A stretch of DNA of 35,441 bases, taken from assembly GCA_028280085.1 (NCBI GenBank), contig JANQMK010000062.1, positions 1 to 35,441 of the forward strand, read 5' to 3'. Source of the stretch: Pseudomonadales bacterium (GTDB taxonomy: Bacteria > Pseudomonadota > Gammaproteobacteria > Pseudomonadales > JANQMK01). The notes below the pieces were generated by a model. That model had not been told where the DNA came from. It did not search any database and saw only the letters and a program-made list of their open reading frames with translations. The stretch's first letter is position 1, and each line of letters opens with the position of its first letter. Positions 8,208-17,858 of the stretch are shown piece after piece. The translations under genes were made by a program, and so were the position numbers.

Positions 8208-8571
8208 TCATTTAGGTGTTAGTCTGTGCATTTTTCACCTCTCATTAATAGGCTGTTAATACTGACTAACGAGATGCCGCTACCCTATAGCCACAAAGAT
8301 TACACTCTAAACACTGACTATATTATCCGTAGGAAATTATCTACATTGAATATATTTTCTCTATACACATTGATAACCGTCAACTATTCATCCAATCACA
8401 TACCAACTATGGATAGACCTAAATAGGCAAAATCAATAAAAAAGTTAAATGCACAGATAGCTTTGCAATAATAAACCGTGACATCGGTAAACGCTTTAAA
8501 CTCTACCCTGATACCATTTTTGCGCTATGCTTATTTTTATTTACTAAACATTACAGCGAAGGTGGTATTTT

Positions 8572-9627
8572 GTGGATATGGAAGTCATATCATCTAATGA
8601 ACAACAACGTCTTATTCAAGCCGCACAAGGTTTAAAAGTTACGCTTACGCGTATGAAGAAGTTGAATATTCCTCCCATTCCTGAAAACTATACCGTGTGG
8701 TACGAATATGCCATGGGTACAATTCTTGAACTCAATGAGGCAATAGACGATCTACTTAATAAAGGTGTCTCGTTTTCGGCTAAAATCAACCACGATTTAT
8801 ACACTAAATATGTGGCTGATCGTCCCGTTAAGATGATTGATCAAATTCAACAGCAAACGGAGCAATTAGTTACTAACCTGCTAAACAACATTAAAAACGC
8901 TGACGAAAGCAATAGCCAGTTCTCGAAAACACTCGAACATTGCGATAGAGAATTAAAACAAAATCCCAGCCTCGATTCACTGTCCGACCTAGTAAACTGT
9001 ATTCTGGAAGAATCCAACAAAATGAAGGAATCTAACCGCGCCATGGAGGATTCTCTCTCTAGCATGAGCGATGAAGTAAAAGAACTGCGTGGACACATGG
9101 AGAAGTTAAACAATGTCGTTATGAAAGATCCATTAACCGGCATTGCCAATCGACGCGCATTTGATGAGAAGCTAGCAGAACTTTGTAGTAGATTCATTGA
9201 TACACAGAATAAATTCAGTATCATTATCATCGATATAGACTATTTCAAAAAGTTCAATGACACCCATGGGCATATGGTAGGCGATAAGGTTCTTACCTTT
9301 GTCGCCAACATTATGGATAAGCAAATTGGCGAAGGCGGTACGTTAGCGCGTTTTGGCGGTGAGGAATTCGTATGTCTGTTACCGGACACAGAGTATAGCC
9401 AAGCAAAAGAAATTGCAGAACGGCTACGTACTAAGGTATCCGAAAAGGCCCTCACCTCTGGTTCCGAGAAGAAAAAGCTCGGCACCATTACCATCTCTCT
9501 CGGCGTTGCCATGATACAAGCTGAAGATGATGATGTCTCGTTGTTACAGCGAGCAGACCAGATGTTATACCAAGCTAAACGTCAAGGTCGAAACCGGGTT
9601 GTTGGAGAGAACGACAATTTAAGCTAA
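8572..9627 (+). CDS. Diguanylate cyclase (GGDEF domain) with coiled-coil/unknown N-terminal sensor region
   Basis: 351-aa ORF. DPLTGIANRRAF, DIDYFKKFNDTHGH, RFGGEEFVCLL (active-site GGEEF) and LYQAKRQGRNRV. No RxxD I-site is visible immediately upstream of GGEEF (sequence QIGEGGTLA). Confidence 0.9.
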   Translation: MDMEVISSNEQQRLIQAAQGLKVTLTRMKKLNIPPIPENYTVWYEYAMGTILELNEAIDDLLNKGVSFSAKINHDLYTKYVADRPVKMIDQIQQQTEQLVTNLLNNIKNADESNSQFSKTLEHCDRELKQNPSLDSLSDLVNCILEESNKMKESNRAMEDSLSSMSDEVKELRGHMEKLNNVVMKDPLTGIANRRAFDEKLAELCSRFIDTQNKFSIIIIDIDYFKKFNDTHGHMVGDKVLTFVANIMDKQIGEGGTLARFGGEEFVCLLPDTEYSQAKEIAERLRTKVSEKALTSGSEKKKLGTITISLGVAMIQAEDDDVSLLQRADQMLYQAKRQGRNRVVGENDNLS

Positions 9628-9676
9628 ACGCTATCTATATAATGTTAGAAGATGTACTAAATTAATGGTGCACCAA

Positions 9677-10363
9677 CTAAACGGCATTACCAAACTCAAC
9701 AATCTGTGAGTAAACATAGCCGTAAAGCGCAATATAATTTTCTTCCGACACCTCTACAAACTGTATGCCATAGTTGTAGCTAAACTCATCGTCACCACGT
9801 GCCCCAGATTTGTCATCAGTTTTTAGATCAAGTATGGCACGGACAATGGCTTCCAAACTGACAACTCGTGTTATACCACCGAGCGAGACCGTGGCTACGA
9901 CCGTTATCCTGTCGCCAATTTCAGCAATTTCTTCAGTACAACCCAATTTCGCACCATCCGTACTCAAATCAATAATGCTGCCAATAGCCTTTTCAGAAGA
10001 CTTATTATCCGGTTGATAAATAACAGAACATCTCAAGTTGACCGCAACGCGGCGCGAATTTCTCACAGAATCCGCGGCAATATCTTCTGGATAAGCTAAA
10101 TGAAGATAAGGAAACGGATGGGTGCAAACACCGACAATAGTCGTAGGAAAAGCACAAACCGTAGTATTAGAAAATAGACGAACATTCACCTGCTGCTTGA
10201 GGCGAACCAGAACAAGACGGCCTTTACTTTTAGGCGTGTGCACAATCAAACTTTTGCCACTAGCATAGCCTATTACCCGACTCACATAGCGATCTTCGGC
10301 GCGGTTAACAAACTCGAGCTGAACCGCAGATCCTGGCAATAGGTTTAAATCTGACAACTTCAT
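9677..10363 (-). CDS. YcgR-like PilZ-domain c-di-GMP receptor
   Basis: 228-aa ORF with the PilZ motifs RNSRRVAV (RxxxR) and DLSTDGAKL (D-x-S-x-x-G), preceded by a PilZN-sized N-terminal domain. Confidence 0.8.
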   Translation of the reverse strand: MKLSDLNLLPGSAVQLEFVNRAEDRYVSRVIGYASGKSLIVHTPKSKGRLVLVRLKQQVNVRLFSNTTVCAFPTTIVGVCTHPFPYLHLAYPEDIAADSVRNSRRVAVNLRCSVIYQPDNKSSEKAIGSIIDLSTDGAKLGCTEEIAEIGDRITVVATVSLGGITRVVSLEAIVRAILDLKTDDKSGARGDDEFSYNYGIQFVEVSEENYIALYGYVYSQIVEFGNAV

Positions 10364-10720
10364 CCACTTCTCCAGGACAACCTACTTATGATTCATTCAT
10401 CAATTTTTACAAACTATTTTCAAGTACTACCCAATATAATCATAGATCATAGAGCAGATTACGGCGCTACCAGCTAACACCAAATAGGTATTACTGTTAA
10501 TCGAGTAGCTATACATAATTTGAATAAAAACCAGCTTGCCTCATCGCGAACTGATTTTAAGCTAACTCATGATGTCGCACTTATACAAAATCTGACGGTG
10601 GGTCGGAGTTGATCGGAGAAAACGATGAAATGAGGAAATATTACCTATATGAAAAGGCATCAGTACCTAACTATGGATATTAAAAGCCCTGATATTATTG
10701 TGACGCTAGCCACTAGTCGT

Positions 10721-13012
10721 TTATACCGTAGAATTAAAGTTATGGCGTATTCTCTTACCAGCCATAAAATCCATAAAGCCCAATAGATCATCTATTATGT
10801 TTAAATCGGGTAAATTCTTTTTGGTAAATGGCAAACCATCATAACGTGCTAACGACTCAGCATCTTTAAGCAGATTTTTGAAATACTCCCTATCTTTTTC
10901 TTGCATTGATACTTCCCAAACTGCTAAACCACCGGTACATTCAACACCAGATATAAGACCTTCGCACCATTCAGCCAAAGGAATATAGCCATATCCTTGC
11001 TGTTCAATATTTAAATCACAAGGAATAAAACTATCGCCAGCATCGGCAGCAATCATAATGTTATTATAATACTTAAAGAGAGTTTTTAATTGCTCGTTCC
11101 AAAGTGGATCATCTTCACTGGGTAGCGTACCTGCAAATGCCACTTGAAGCCACTCCGAAGGTAACGGTAGCTGGGGCGCACAAATTGTTGCGTACATCAA
11201 ACCATGAATTTTGTGAAAATTATAAGTGTTTTCAGGCACAGTATTACTTACTAAAAAGTTCTCTATCGCAACCTCTTGAGCGACCGTGATAGTATATTCG
11301 CTAGCGTCCATATCAGCGTCAATGACATGGCTACCACTGTCCAAATCAGTATCATCCATATCGTCTTTGTTAACAAAGTTTGCTAACGAATCGCTCGCAA
11401 TAGCCACCATCAGCGGAATGTCGAATATCTGTTTCTTCTCATCAAGTGCTAACGCTAAAACAAGAAAGTCTTCTATTTCGATATTACTCTTTTCGGTACA
11501 GTGCTGAGCCCAGAGAGTCAATATAACAAATCGACTTAGCCACTTATCTCTAACAGGTTCCATCAATGTTTGGCAGAGGTACTGTTCTAACGGTAAATCA
11601 TTTTCCCCTAGTCGCAACGCATCTAACACCTTTCCCAACGTTGCAGTAGTTACATCATTTTGTTCAAACCAGCCTTGTGTAAAACGTTCATTGCCAAGCC
11701 ATTTTGCGCTATTTTTTTGTCGCTTATCGACATAGCTATCCGTTAATTTATCGGCATACTTAGCCCGCCATGTTCTTATAAGCGCGCTTTCATTCAGCGC
11801 CTGTGGTTGCCAGCATTCAATACCTAACAGTTCAACCCATCGCAAAACATCTGGACTGATGCCATGGCCAGACTCAACATTGATGGCAATAAAGTGTGGC
11901 AACAGTAATTCAATATAAGAAGGAGTCACATCTATAGTAAATACTTCATTGTCAATACGAGCGATAATATTCTCGCATTCTGATCGTTCGGTTAATGTTG
12001 TCACCCAGGTATCAATGACACCAAATCGCTCCTTAAACACAGAGCCGGCTAGGCGATACATCTCTCCCTCTTTAAATACGGTTACAATAGTTTGGGCTCC
12101 CGCACCATCAATTGATGACGCCACAACTTTTTCAACGCTCACCCCATCGGCTACTACAGAAGACTCACAGCCAATGCCCATTTTACGCAATCGCTTCACC
12201 ACCAGATCTAGCCGCCGACGCTCACTCGCTTGCAGCCAGTTTCTTATTGTAATCAAACGCCGCAAACTTCTAGAACTCAAGCGTTTCGCATAGAAACCCA
12301 ATTCAAATAGATGTAGCACGATGGAGCGAATTTCTTCCTGTGGGTGCAGTAGGAACAAAACAGCGGCTTCATGCAAAATAGGATTGTCAGCTTCTAAAAA
12401 GCTGGCTATCATTTCTTCTCCCACACTGGTTGGCAAGTGAGTCAGCTGATTGAAAAACAGCTCATAGACTTCATATTCATTTTCAATACCATAATCTATC
12501 AGCATTTCTTGCAACGTATCAGACAGCACATCTTGACTGGCATGGTAATCAACCTGTTCTATGCGCGACTCAAATATCTTAGTTTGCCATACACGATCTG
12601 CTGCGAGAAATTCCTCAGTTGGCACGAGTCCCATTTCTGTAATACTATGCAACAGCCAATGTAACACTTCTGCGTTAATACCCGGGTCAAGCATATACTT
12701 TGTCAAGGTATCTTGTAGATGCAACCAACCATCTAATGCACGCTGATGTTTCTCTCTTACCGCGATGACAAGCTCTTGCAGGCAGCAGTAAACAATATCT
12801 TCAAACGCACTTTGCAACCATTCTGTCGATTCGAGTTCGCTTAAATCTAAACGGACTGCAGGCGCGACGAGAGATAACAATAACTCTACCGGATCACGCC
12901 AGCCCAAAGCGCTTAATTCCTGCCAATCAAGCTGACCAGTATCTTCTTCAAGAAACTCTGCAACGGTTTTCAGCAGCTCCAGCGCTCTGATTTGATTGTG
13001 GGTTAAATTCAT
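10721..13012 (-). CDS. Large (763 aa) acidic hypothetical protein; C-terminal region resembles UPF0149 (YgfB/YecA-type) domain
   Basis: Long uninterrupted ORF. The C-terminus, IHGLMYATICAPQLPLPSEWL...LAEWCEGLISGV, looks like UPF0149. I recognised no domain in the first ~570 aa. Confidence 0.6.
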   Translation of the reverse strand: MNLTHNQIRALELLKTVAEFLEEDTGQLDWQELSALGWRDPVELLLSLVAPAVRLDLSELESTEWLQSAFEDIVYCCLQELVIAVREKHQRALDGWLHLQDTLTKYMLDPGINAEVLHWLLHSITEMGLVPTEEFLAADRVWQTKIFESRIEQVDYHASQDVLSDTLQEMLIDYGIENEYEVYELFFNQLTHLPTSVGEEMIASFLEADNPILHEAAVLFLLHPQEEIRSIVLHLFELGFYAKRLSSRSLRRLITIRNWLQASERRRLDLVVKRLRKMGIGCESSVVADGVSVEKVVASSIDGAGAQTIVTVFKEGEMYRLAGSVFKERFGVIDTWVTTLTERSECENIIARIDNEVFTIDVTPSYIELLLPHFIAINVESGHGISPDVLRWVELLGIECWQPQALNESALIRTWRAKYADKLTDSYVDKRQKNSAKWLGNERFTQGWFEQNDVTTATLGKVLDALRLGENDLPLEQYLCQTLMEPVRDKWLSRFVILTLWAQHCTEKSNIEIEDFLVLALALDEKKQIFDIPLMVAIASDSLANFVNKDDMDDTDLDSGSHVIDADMDASEYTITVAQEVAIENFLVSNTVPENTYNFHKIHGLMYATICAPQLPLPSEWLQVAFAGTLPSEDDPLWNEQLKTLFKYYNNIMIAADAGDSFIPCDLNIEQQGYGYIPLAEWCEGLISGVECTGGLAVWEVSMQEKDREYFKNLLKDAESLARYDGLPFTKKNLPDLNIIDDLLGFMDFMAGKRIRHNFNSTV

Positions 13013-13207
13013 TCAGAACATTGCCTTATACTAAAGAATGGCGTAGATACTTAAATTATTGAACAACAAACGGTATTAGTCCACATGGAGCTTGAAAATA
13101 GCTAAGTTAATGCTAACACCGCGATTGGCAGGGAATATAGATGTCATTGACACTGCAAAGTGTATCATTCACTGGCTATAATCCTTGCCTGGTCTGTGAT
13201 ACACACT

Positions 13208-14230
13208 TTAATTTGATCGTCGGTTAACATACCATCCTACAGGACGAGAATACAAATCAATATGATCAACCACATCAAGTATCAAAGCAAATAGTGCCAT
13301 ACGCACAACTATACCATTGTCTGCTTGACGAAAAATCGCTAGATTAGGATTAAGGTTCAAGTCATTATCTAATTCATTAGCAGTGGAACGGGAGTCGCGC
13401 GGTAACGGGTGCATAATCACGGTATTTGGTTCGCAGTATTTCGTGTAGATAGCTTGGTTAAGACGAAACTTTCCTCGATAAAGATCAGCTTCCTCTTGTG
13501 AGGCAAATCGTTCTTCCTGAATACGAGTTGAGTAGGCAATATCAACATGGCCAATACCATCTTCTAACTGATCCGAAATAATAACGTCATGGCCAGCAAG
13601 GCGCATATCTTCAACCAGTTCTTCCGGCAATTGTAATTCTTTTGGTGAGATAAGAATGACTTTTACGTCGCTAAACAAAGTCAATAAGCGACTCAGCGAG
13701 TGGACCGTACGCCCATATTTTAAATCACCGATCATCGCAATCCGCAAACCGTCAACAGCACGATGTTTGGCGGCCAGCTCCTTTTTTATGGTGTAAAGAT
13801 CCAATAGCGCTTGGCTGGGATGTTCATTTGCGCCATCACCGCCATTGATGACCGGCACACGGCTAGCCGAAGCAAATTCGGCAACAGAGCCCGCGACGGG
13901 ATGACGCATCGCAATAATATCACTGTAGCCACTGAGAACCCGTGCAGTATCATAAAGCGACTCGCCCTTGGCTAAAGCAGAGTTTTGCACACCCGTCGTT
14001 TCTCTGACTTCCCCGCCCAACAGATTAAACGCGCAACCAAAACTCACCCGCGTTCTGGTGCTTGGCTCAAAAAACATATTGCCCAAAATTGCGCCTTCTA
14101 ATACTCGGGTAACTCTTTTTCTCTGTGCATAAGGTTCCATTCTATCTGCGACATTAAAAATAAGATCGATATGCTCTCTTTCAAATTGAGAAATACTCAA
14201 AATATGTGTCCCAGTCAAATCTAGATTCAT
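13208..14230 (-). CDS. pyrB: Aspartate carbamoyltransferase catalytic chain
   Basis: FFEPSTRTRVSF, HPSQALLD and HPLPR (the ATCase form, not the OTCase HCLPA). 340 aa. Confidence 0.93.
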   Translation of the reverse strand: MNLDLTGTHILSISQFEREHIDLIFNVADRMEPYAQRKRVTRVLEGAILGNMFFEPSTRTRVSFGCAFNLLGGEVRETTGVQNSALAKGESLYDTARVLSGYSDIIAMRHPVAGSVAEFASASRVPVINGGDGANEHPSQALLDLYTIKKELAAKHRAVDGLRIAMIGDLKYGRTVHSLSRLLTLFSDVKVILISPKELQLPEELVEDMRLAGHDVIISDQLEDGIGHVDIAYSTRIQEERFASQEEADLYRGKFRLNQAIYTKYCEPNTVIMHPLPRDSRSTANELDNDLNLNPNLAIFRQADNGIVVRMALFALILDVVDHIDLYSRPVGWYVNRRSN

Positions 14231-14790
14231 ATCGTAATCTCACTTCATATTAAAGGCTTAGTGAACGCCATAAAAACACATTTAGCTATCCAGGCCAATT
14301 CAGACAGCATGAGGTGGCAAGCAAACTCACCTATCTGGTCAAGCGCGAACAAGCCATCACGAATAACTATATTGTTTAGCTAGCACAGTAGAGCAAATTC
14401 ACAACAAAGTCCATATATATTCGAATTCCACGCAATTCGATCATAATTAGTAATTTATAAACAATAGGGCGCCTTTCTTTATCACCGAGCGCTCAGGTTG
14501 ATTCCATGTCCCGAAAAAGGCAAGGCCCATCATTTTTTAGAGATGGTGACAATATATCAACACTCAGTCTTAGTCTTTGAATACCTACTCATGCTCGTTA
14601 GAATTTAATGCTATGGATTAGAATTATTTGTCGGATTCTGGCCCGTAAGATATTGATCATTCCCGCAAATATGCTAATTTTTTTAAAATAAACAATACTT
14701 TTACTGTTACAAAAATAGACCATTTGCAATGGGTCAGAAGAGCTTCAACACAGTCAAAAATATAACTCTTATTTGGCAAAGGGAGTCGCC

Positions 14791-15687
14791 GTGTCAAATA
14801 ACGCGCCCATTTCTTTAAACAAATTTTGCGCCGCGCAAACTGCTTTGGATATTCTACGTGAACAGGCTTTACGCTGGAGCGCGCCCCACTTATTTGATGA
14901 CCCCTTTGAGTTAAGTTCACAAAGTAAGCTGCCCTTTACCACCAATGATCTGACCGAAGCCGCCGTCCTTGAAGCTTGTGCCATGATTTTCTCGCGGGAG
15001 TCCCCGCGCGGTACAGGCAGCTTCATTAACGCTATTAAACGATGGCGCACAGAAGAGAGATTTCAGTCTCAGGAAGAGGCTGAGGAAGTACTCAAAGGCC
15101 TTTTACCGACAATGATTAACTACCACGAAGAGGTTGTTAAAGAGATCTATAGAGACTGGAAAGCTTTTTCCAATTCTTTACGTATCTGTTGTTTTGTCTA
15201 CAAAAGTACTAGTATGGCGGCTTGGCAACGTTATGGCGACGTCCACCGCGGTGTCGTGCTGCGATTCAAGTGCGGCGAGGACACAGCTCTTGAGAATCCT
15301 CGAGCTATGACCTATCCAAACAAGCGGCCTGAAATTACATCCGTAAAGGAACAAATGAGTATTATGCTTGCGGGGTCAACCTATAGACCGCAAGAACATT
15401 TTTACGAAAAGTTCCTGACTAAGTCAGCTATGGATAAACATGAAAGGGAATGGCGTTGTTTTAAAGAAGTGCAGAATGAAGATCTCATGTTCGAGCATCT
15501 CAACGTACCATTCCGTGAGGACGAACTCACTGGCGTTTTCTTTGGGTTAGAAACGAGCTTAGAAGATCGTCAAGCCATCTTCAGCCTCGTCAAAGAAGAT
15601 TACCCAAAGACCAAAATATATCAAGCCGTTGCAATGCCAGGGCACTACGAAATTGAGTATATCAAAATCACTGGCAAAAAATTATAG
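14791..15687 (+). CDS. DUF2971-like protein of unknown function
   Basis: The N-terminal pattern LDILREQALRWSAPHLFDDPFE matches the 'l.fs.p..fNDPfE' pattern I associate with DUF2971. Start set at GTG 14791, 5 nt after GGGAG (14781-14785); the ORF track uses TTG 14773. Confidence 0.55.
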   Translation: MSNNAPISLNKFCAAQTALDILREQALRWSAPHLFDDPFELSSQSKLPFTTNDLTEAAVLEACAMIFSRESPRGTGSFINAIKRWRTEERFQSQEEAEEVLKGLLPTMINYHEEVVKEIYRDWKAFSNSLRICCFVYKSTSMAAWQRYGDVHRGVVLRFKCGEDTALENPRAMTYPNKRPEITSVKEQMSIMLAGSTYRPQEHFYEKFLTKSAMDKHEREWRCFKEVQNEDLMFEHLNVPFREDELTGVFFGLETSLEDRQAIFSLVKEDYPKTKIYQAVAMPGHYEIEYIKITGKKL

Positions 15688-15720
15688 CGCTTAAACCACT
15701 TCACTATAAATTAACGCTCA

Positions 15721-17181
15721 TTACAGTAATTCGTCAGCATAGTCAGATAGTGCAGATAGGAGCGCTCTTTTCTCTATCTGTTGTCCATCAGTTACATGTT
15801 CATCGTCCCGCATGTGGATAGCAATTTCCTCACGGAAAGTATCAATTGTCAGCCCAGGAGCGATAGTATTATCAGTTAACCGCTGCCGTCTAAAATCATT
15901 CCAGCGCGCCTGCTCAGCTTCATTCAATGTCTCTGGGTAATTTCTTGCTCTATATCGAAACAACATTTCGGTCAAACGCTCATCGTTAAAATCCGGTTGT
16001 AAACTTGCCAATTGATCTGGGCTAGTTTTACGTACGGTCGACATAGCTTGTCTATCAGCTTCGCTAAAAAAACCGCCACTATAGAGCATACGATCAGGAT
16101 CCGTAATTGGCTCAAATTCACGACCGCCAAATACCACATGAAGCTTGTCCGTCATACCTACGGCATTTAACAGCATCTGATAGTGCTTGTTACAGAGAGC
16201 CAAATCTATTCTCAATCGATCGGCAGCAGCGTCATCCAAGAGTTTGGGCGTGGCAACAACGGGGCATTTATTGATATGAATGGTCTTTAGCGGAATTCGA
16301 TCAACGCCCTCAGGCAGATCTGCCTTAGCAGTATAGAGCCGAGTTGATACTTCTTCAGCCGAAAGCTGTATTAGCGGCTCCGGATTGACACTTAAATCAT
16401 AGCATATTACGCCATTTGTATTGGTCGGGTGTAAAGCTAGCGGCATCACTAACGCCAAACACATATGATCAGTCGAGAACATTGACGACACATGAATAAC
16501 AGGCTTCTTTTTCACCACATCAAGCATTGCTGCTACACTACGTTTGTTGCGTATCGCAAATACATAATCATAGAGCTTCGGTTGTTTTTCCTTTATCATG
16601 CGAGCAACTGCAATTGTGGCATAGACATCTGACAACGCATCGTGTGCACTGGCATGATCGATGCCATTCGCTGCGGTAATTTGCTCTAAACGAAAACTAG
16701 GCCGCCCGCTATATTCACCCGTGGTGTGAATTGGCCATTCGATCCCATCTGGGCGTAGTGCCCGTGTTAAGCGCACCATATCAATAATATCCCAGCGTGA
16801 ATTGCCATTGCGCCATTCACGCTCATACGGATCATAGAAATTACGGTATAACGTGTAGCGCGTAACTTCGTCATCAAAACGAATAGTGTTGTAACCTACA
16901 CCACACGTACCAGCCAAAGAGAGTTCCCGATGGACTTTGGCAATAAATTCTGCTTCATTTAAGCCATGTTGCAGCGCTTTTTGTGGTGTTATGCCCGTTA
17001 CCAAACAGGCCATCGGGTCAGGCAACATATCATTTGCAGGTTTACAATAGGCGACCAACGGTTCACCGATGATATTAAGGTCTTCATCAGTGCGAACACC
17101 TGCAAATTGAGCAGGCCGGTCAACGCTAGGGTTGGCTCCCCAGGTTTCATAGTCATGCCAATAAAGGGAAGTATGTTTCAA
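15721..17181 (-). CDS. sbcB: Exodeoxyribonuclease I
   Basis: 486-aa ORF. The N-terminus YWHDYETWGANPSVDRPAQFAGVRTD (DEDDh exonuclease Exo I motif) and the overall length are typical of SbcB. Confidence 0.93.
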   Translation of the reverse strand: MKHTSLYWHDYETWGANPSVDRPAQFAGVRTDEDLNIIGEPLVAYCKPANDMLPDPMACLVTGITPQKALQHGLNEAEFIAKVHRELSLAGTCGVGYNTIRFDDEVTRYTLYRNFYDPYEREWRNGNSRWDIIDMVRLTRALRPDGIEWPIHTTGEYSGRPSFRLEQITAANGIDHASAHDALSDVYATIAVARMIKEKQPKLYDYVFAIRNKRSVAAMLDVVKKKPVIHVSSMFSTDHMCLALVMPLALHPTNTNGVICYDLSVNPEPLIQLSAEEVSTRLYTAKADLPEGVDRIPLKTIHINKCPVVATPKLLDDAAADRLRIDLALCNKHYQMLLNAVGMTDKLHVVFGGREFEPITDPDRMLYSGGFFSEADRQAMSTVRKTSPDQLASLQPDFNDERLTEMLFRYRARNYPETLNEAEQARWNDFRRQRLTDNTIAPGLTIDTFREEIAIHMRDDEHVTDGQQIEKRALLSALSDYADELL

Positions 17182-17341
17182 TATCAGCCTCTTTACAATC
17201 CGCTTTTTAAAATACAGTCTAAAACAATGCGATCTAAAACGGTATTGCTAGATTGTGCGAATTATATTAGCTTGACTTTAACTTAGGCAAGAACAGGCAA
17301 AAATCTTCTGTCTAACTTGCAAGAACAATACATTTTTATCG

Positions 17342-17743
17342 TTAAGCAACCATTTCTACTGGGACGGAGTACTCTACAAGGCGGTCCTGTGGCTTAATTA
17401 CCAACTCATCAGCCCAACTATTTGCCGCTTCACAATAATCCAAACCTGACAAATAACGGACTTTGCTTTTACGCTCCTCAAGCCATTCGTGAGAAAAAGC
17501 TATTTCGACTTCATTAAACTGTTGATAAAATTTAACATCGCGAGCATCGTCTATGACCAGCCATATGACTCGGCAACCACCAATCCCATACGCCAGTCCT
17601 CTCTCATGTAACCCTTCTGCTAAGTTCTTTAAAGCAGGGTCTTTCTTATCTACAGATGAATCAATAACAATGGCCGAGTGGCGTCTAAAAGCTGCTTTGG
17701 CGTCACTAATATTGCGGATACGAAGTGCGATATACTTCTTCAT
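17342..17743 (-). CDS. Hypothetical protein (133 aa), no recognisable domain
   Basis: ORF preceded by GGAGGA about 12 nt upstream of the ATG. I recognised no motif. Confidence 0.55.
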   Translation of the reverse strand: MKKYIALRIRNISDAKAAFRRHSAIVIDSSVDKKDPALKNLAEGLHERGLAYGIGGCRVIWLVIDDARDVKFYQQFNEVEIAFSHEWLEERKSKVRYLSGLDYCEAANSWADELVIKPQDRLVEYSVPVEMVA

Positions 17744-17858
17744 TTATCGTCAAATTCCTCCAGAATGCTAAAGTGGTAGGTTATCGGTAACTATTAAATT
17801 TAAATTAAATCATATATTGGAAAAGATGAGGTTCTAAGCAAGAATAACGGATAACTGG

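Noticed and set aside
10625-10640. atgaggaaat string resembling the loop of the hairpin repeat
   Set aside because: Only a 10-mer matches, the flanking CTAGG arms and the CTGAATAAT core are absent, and this is likely chance.
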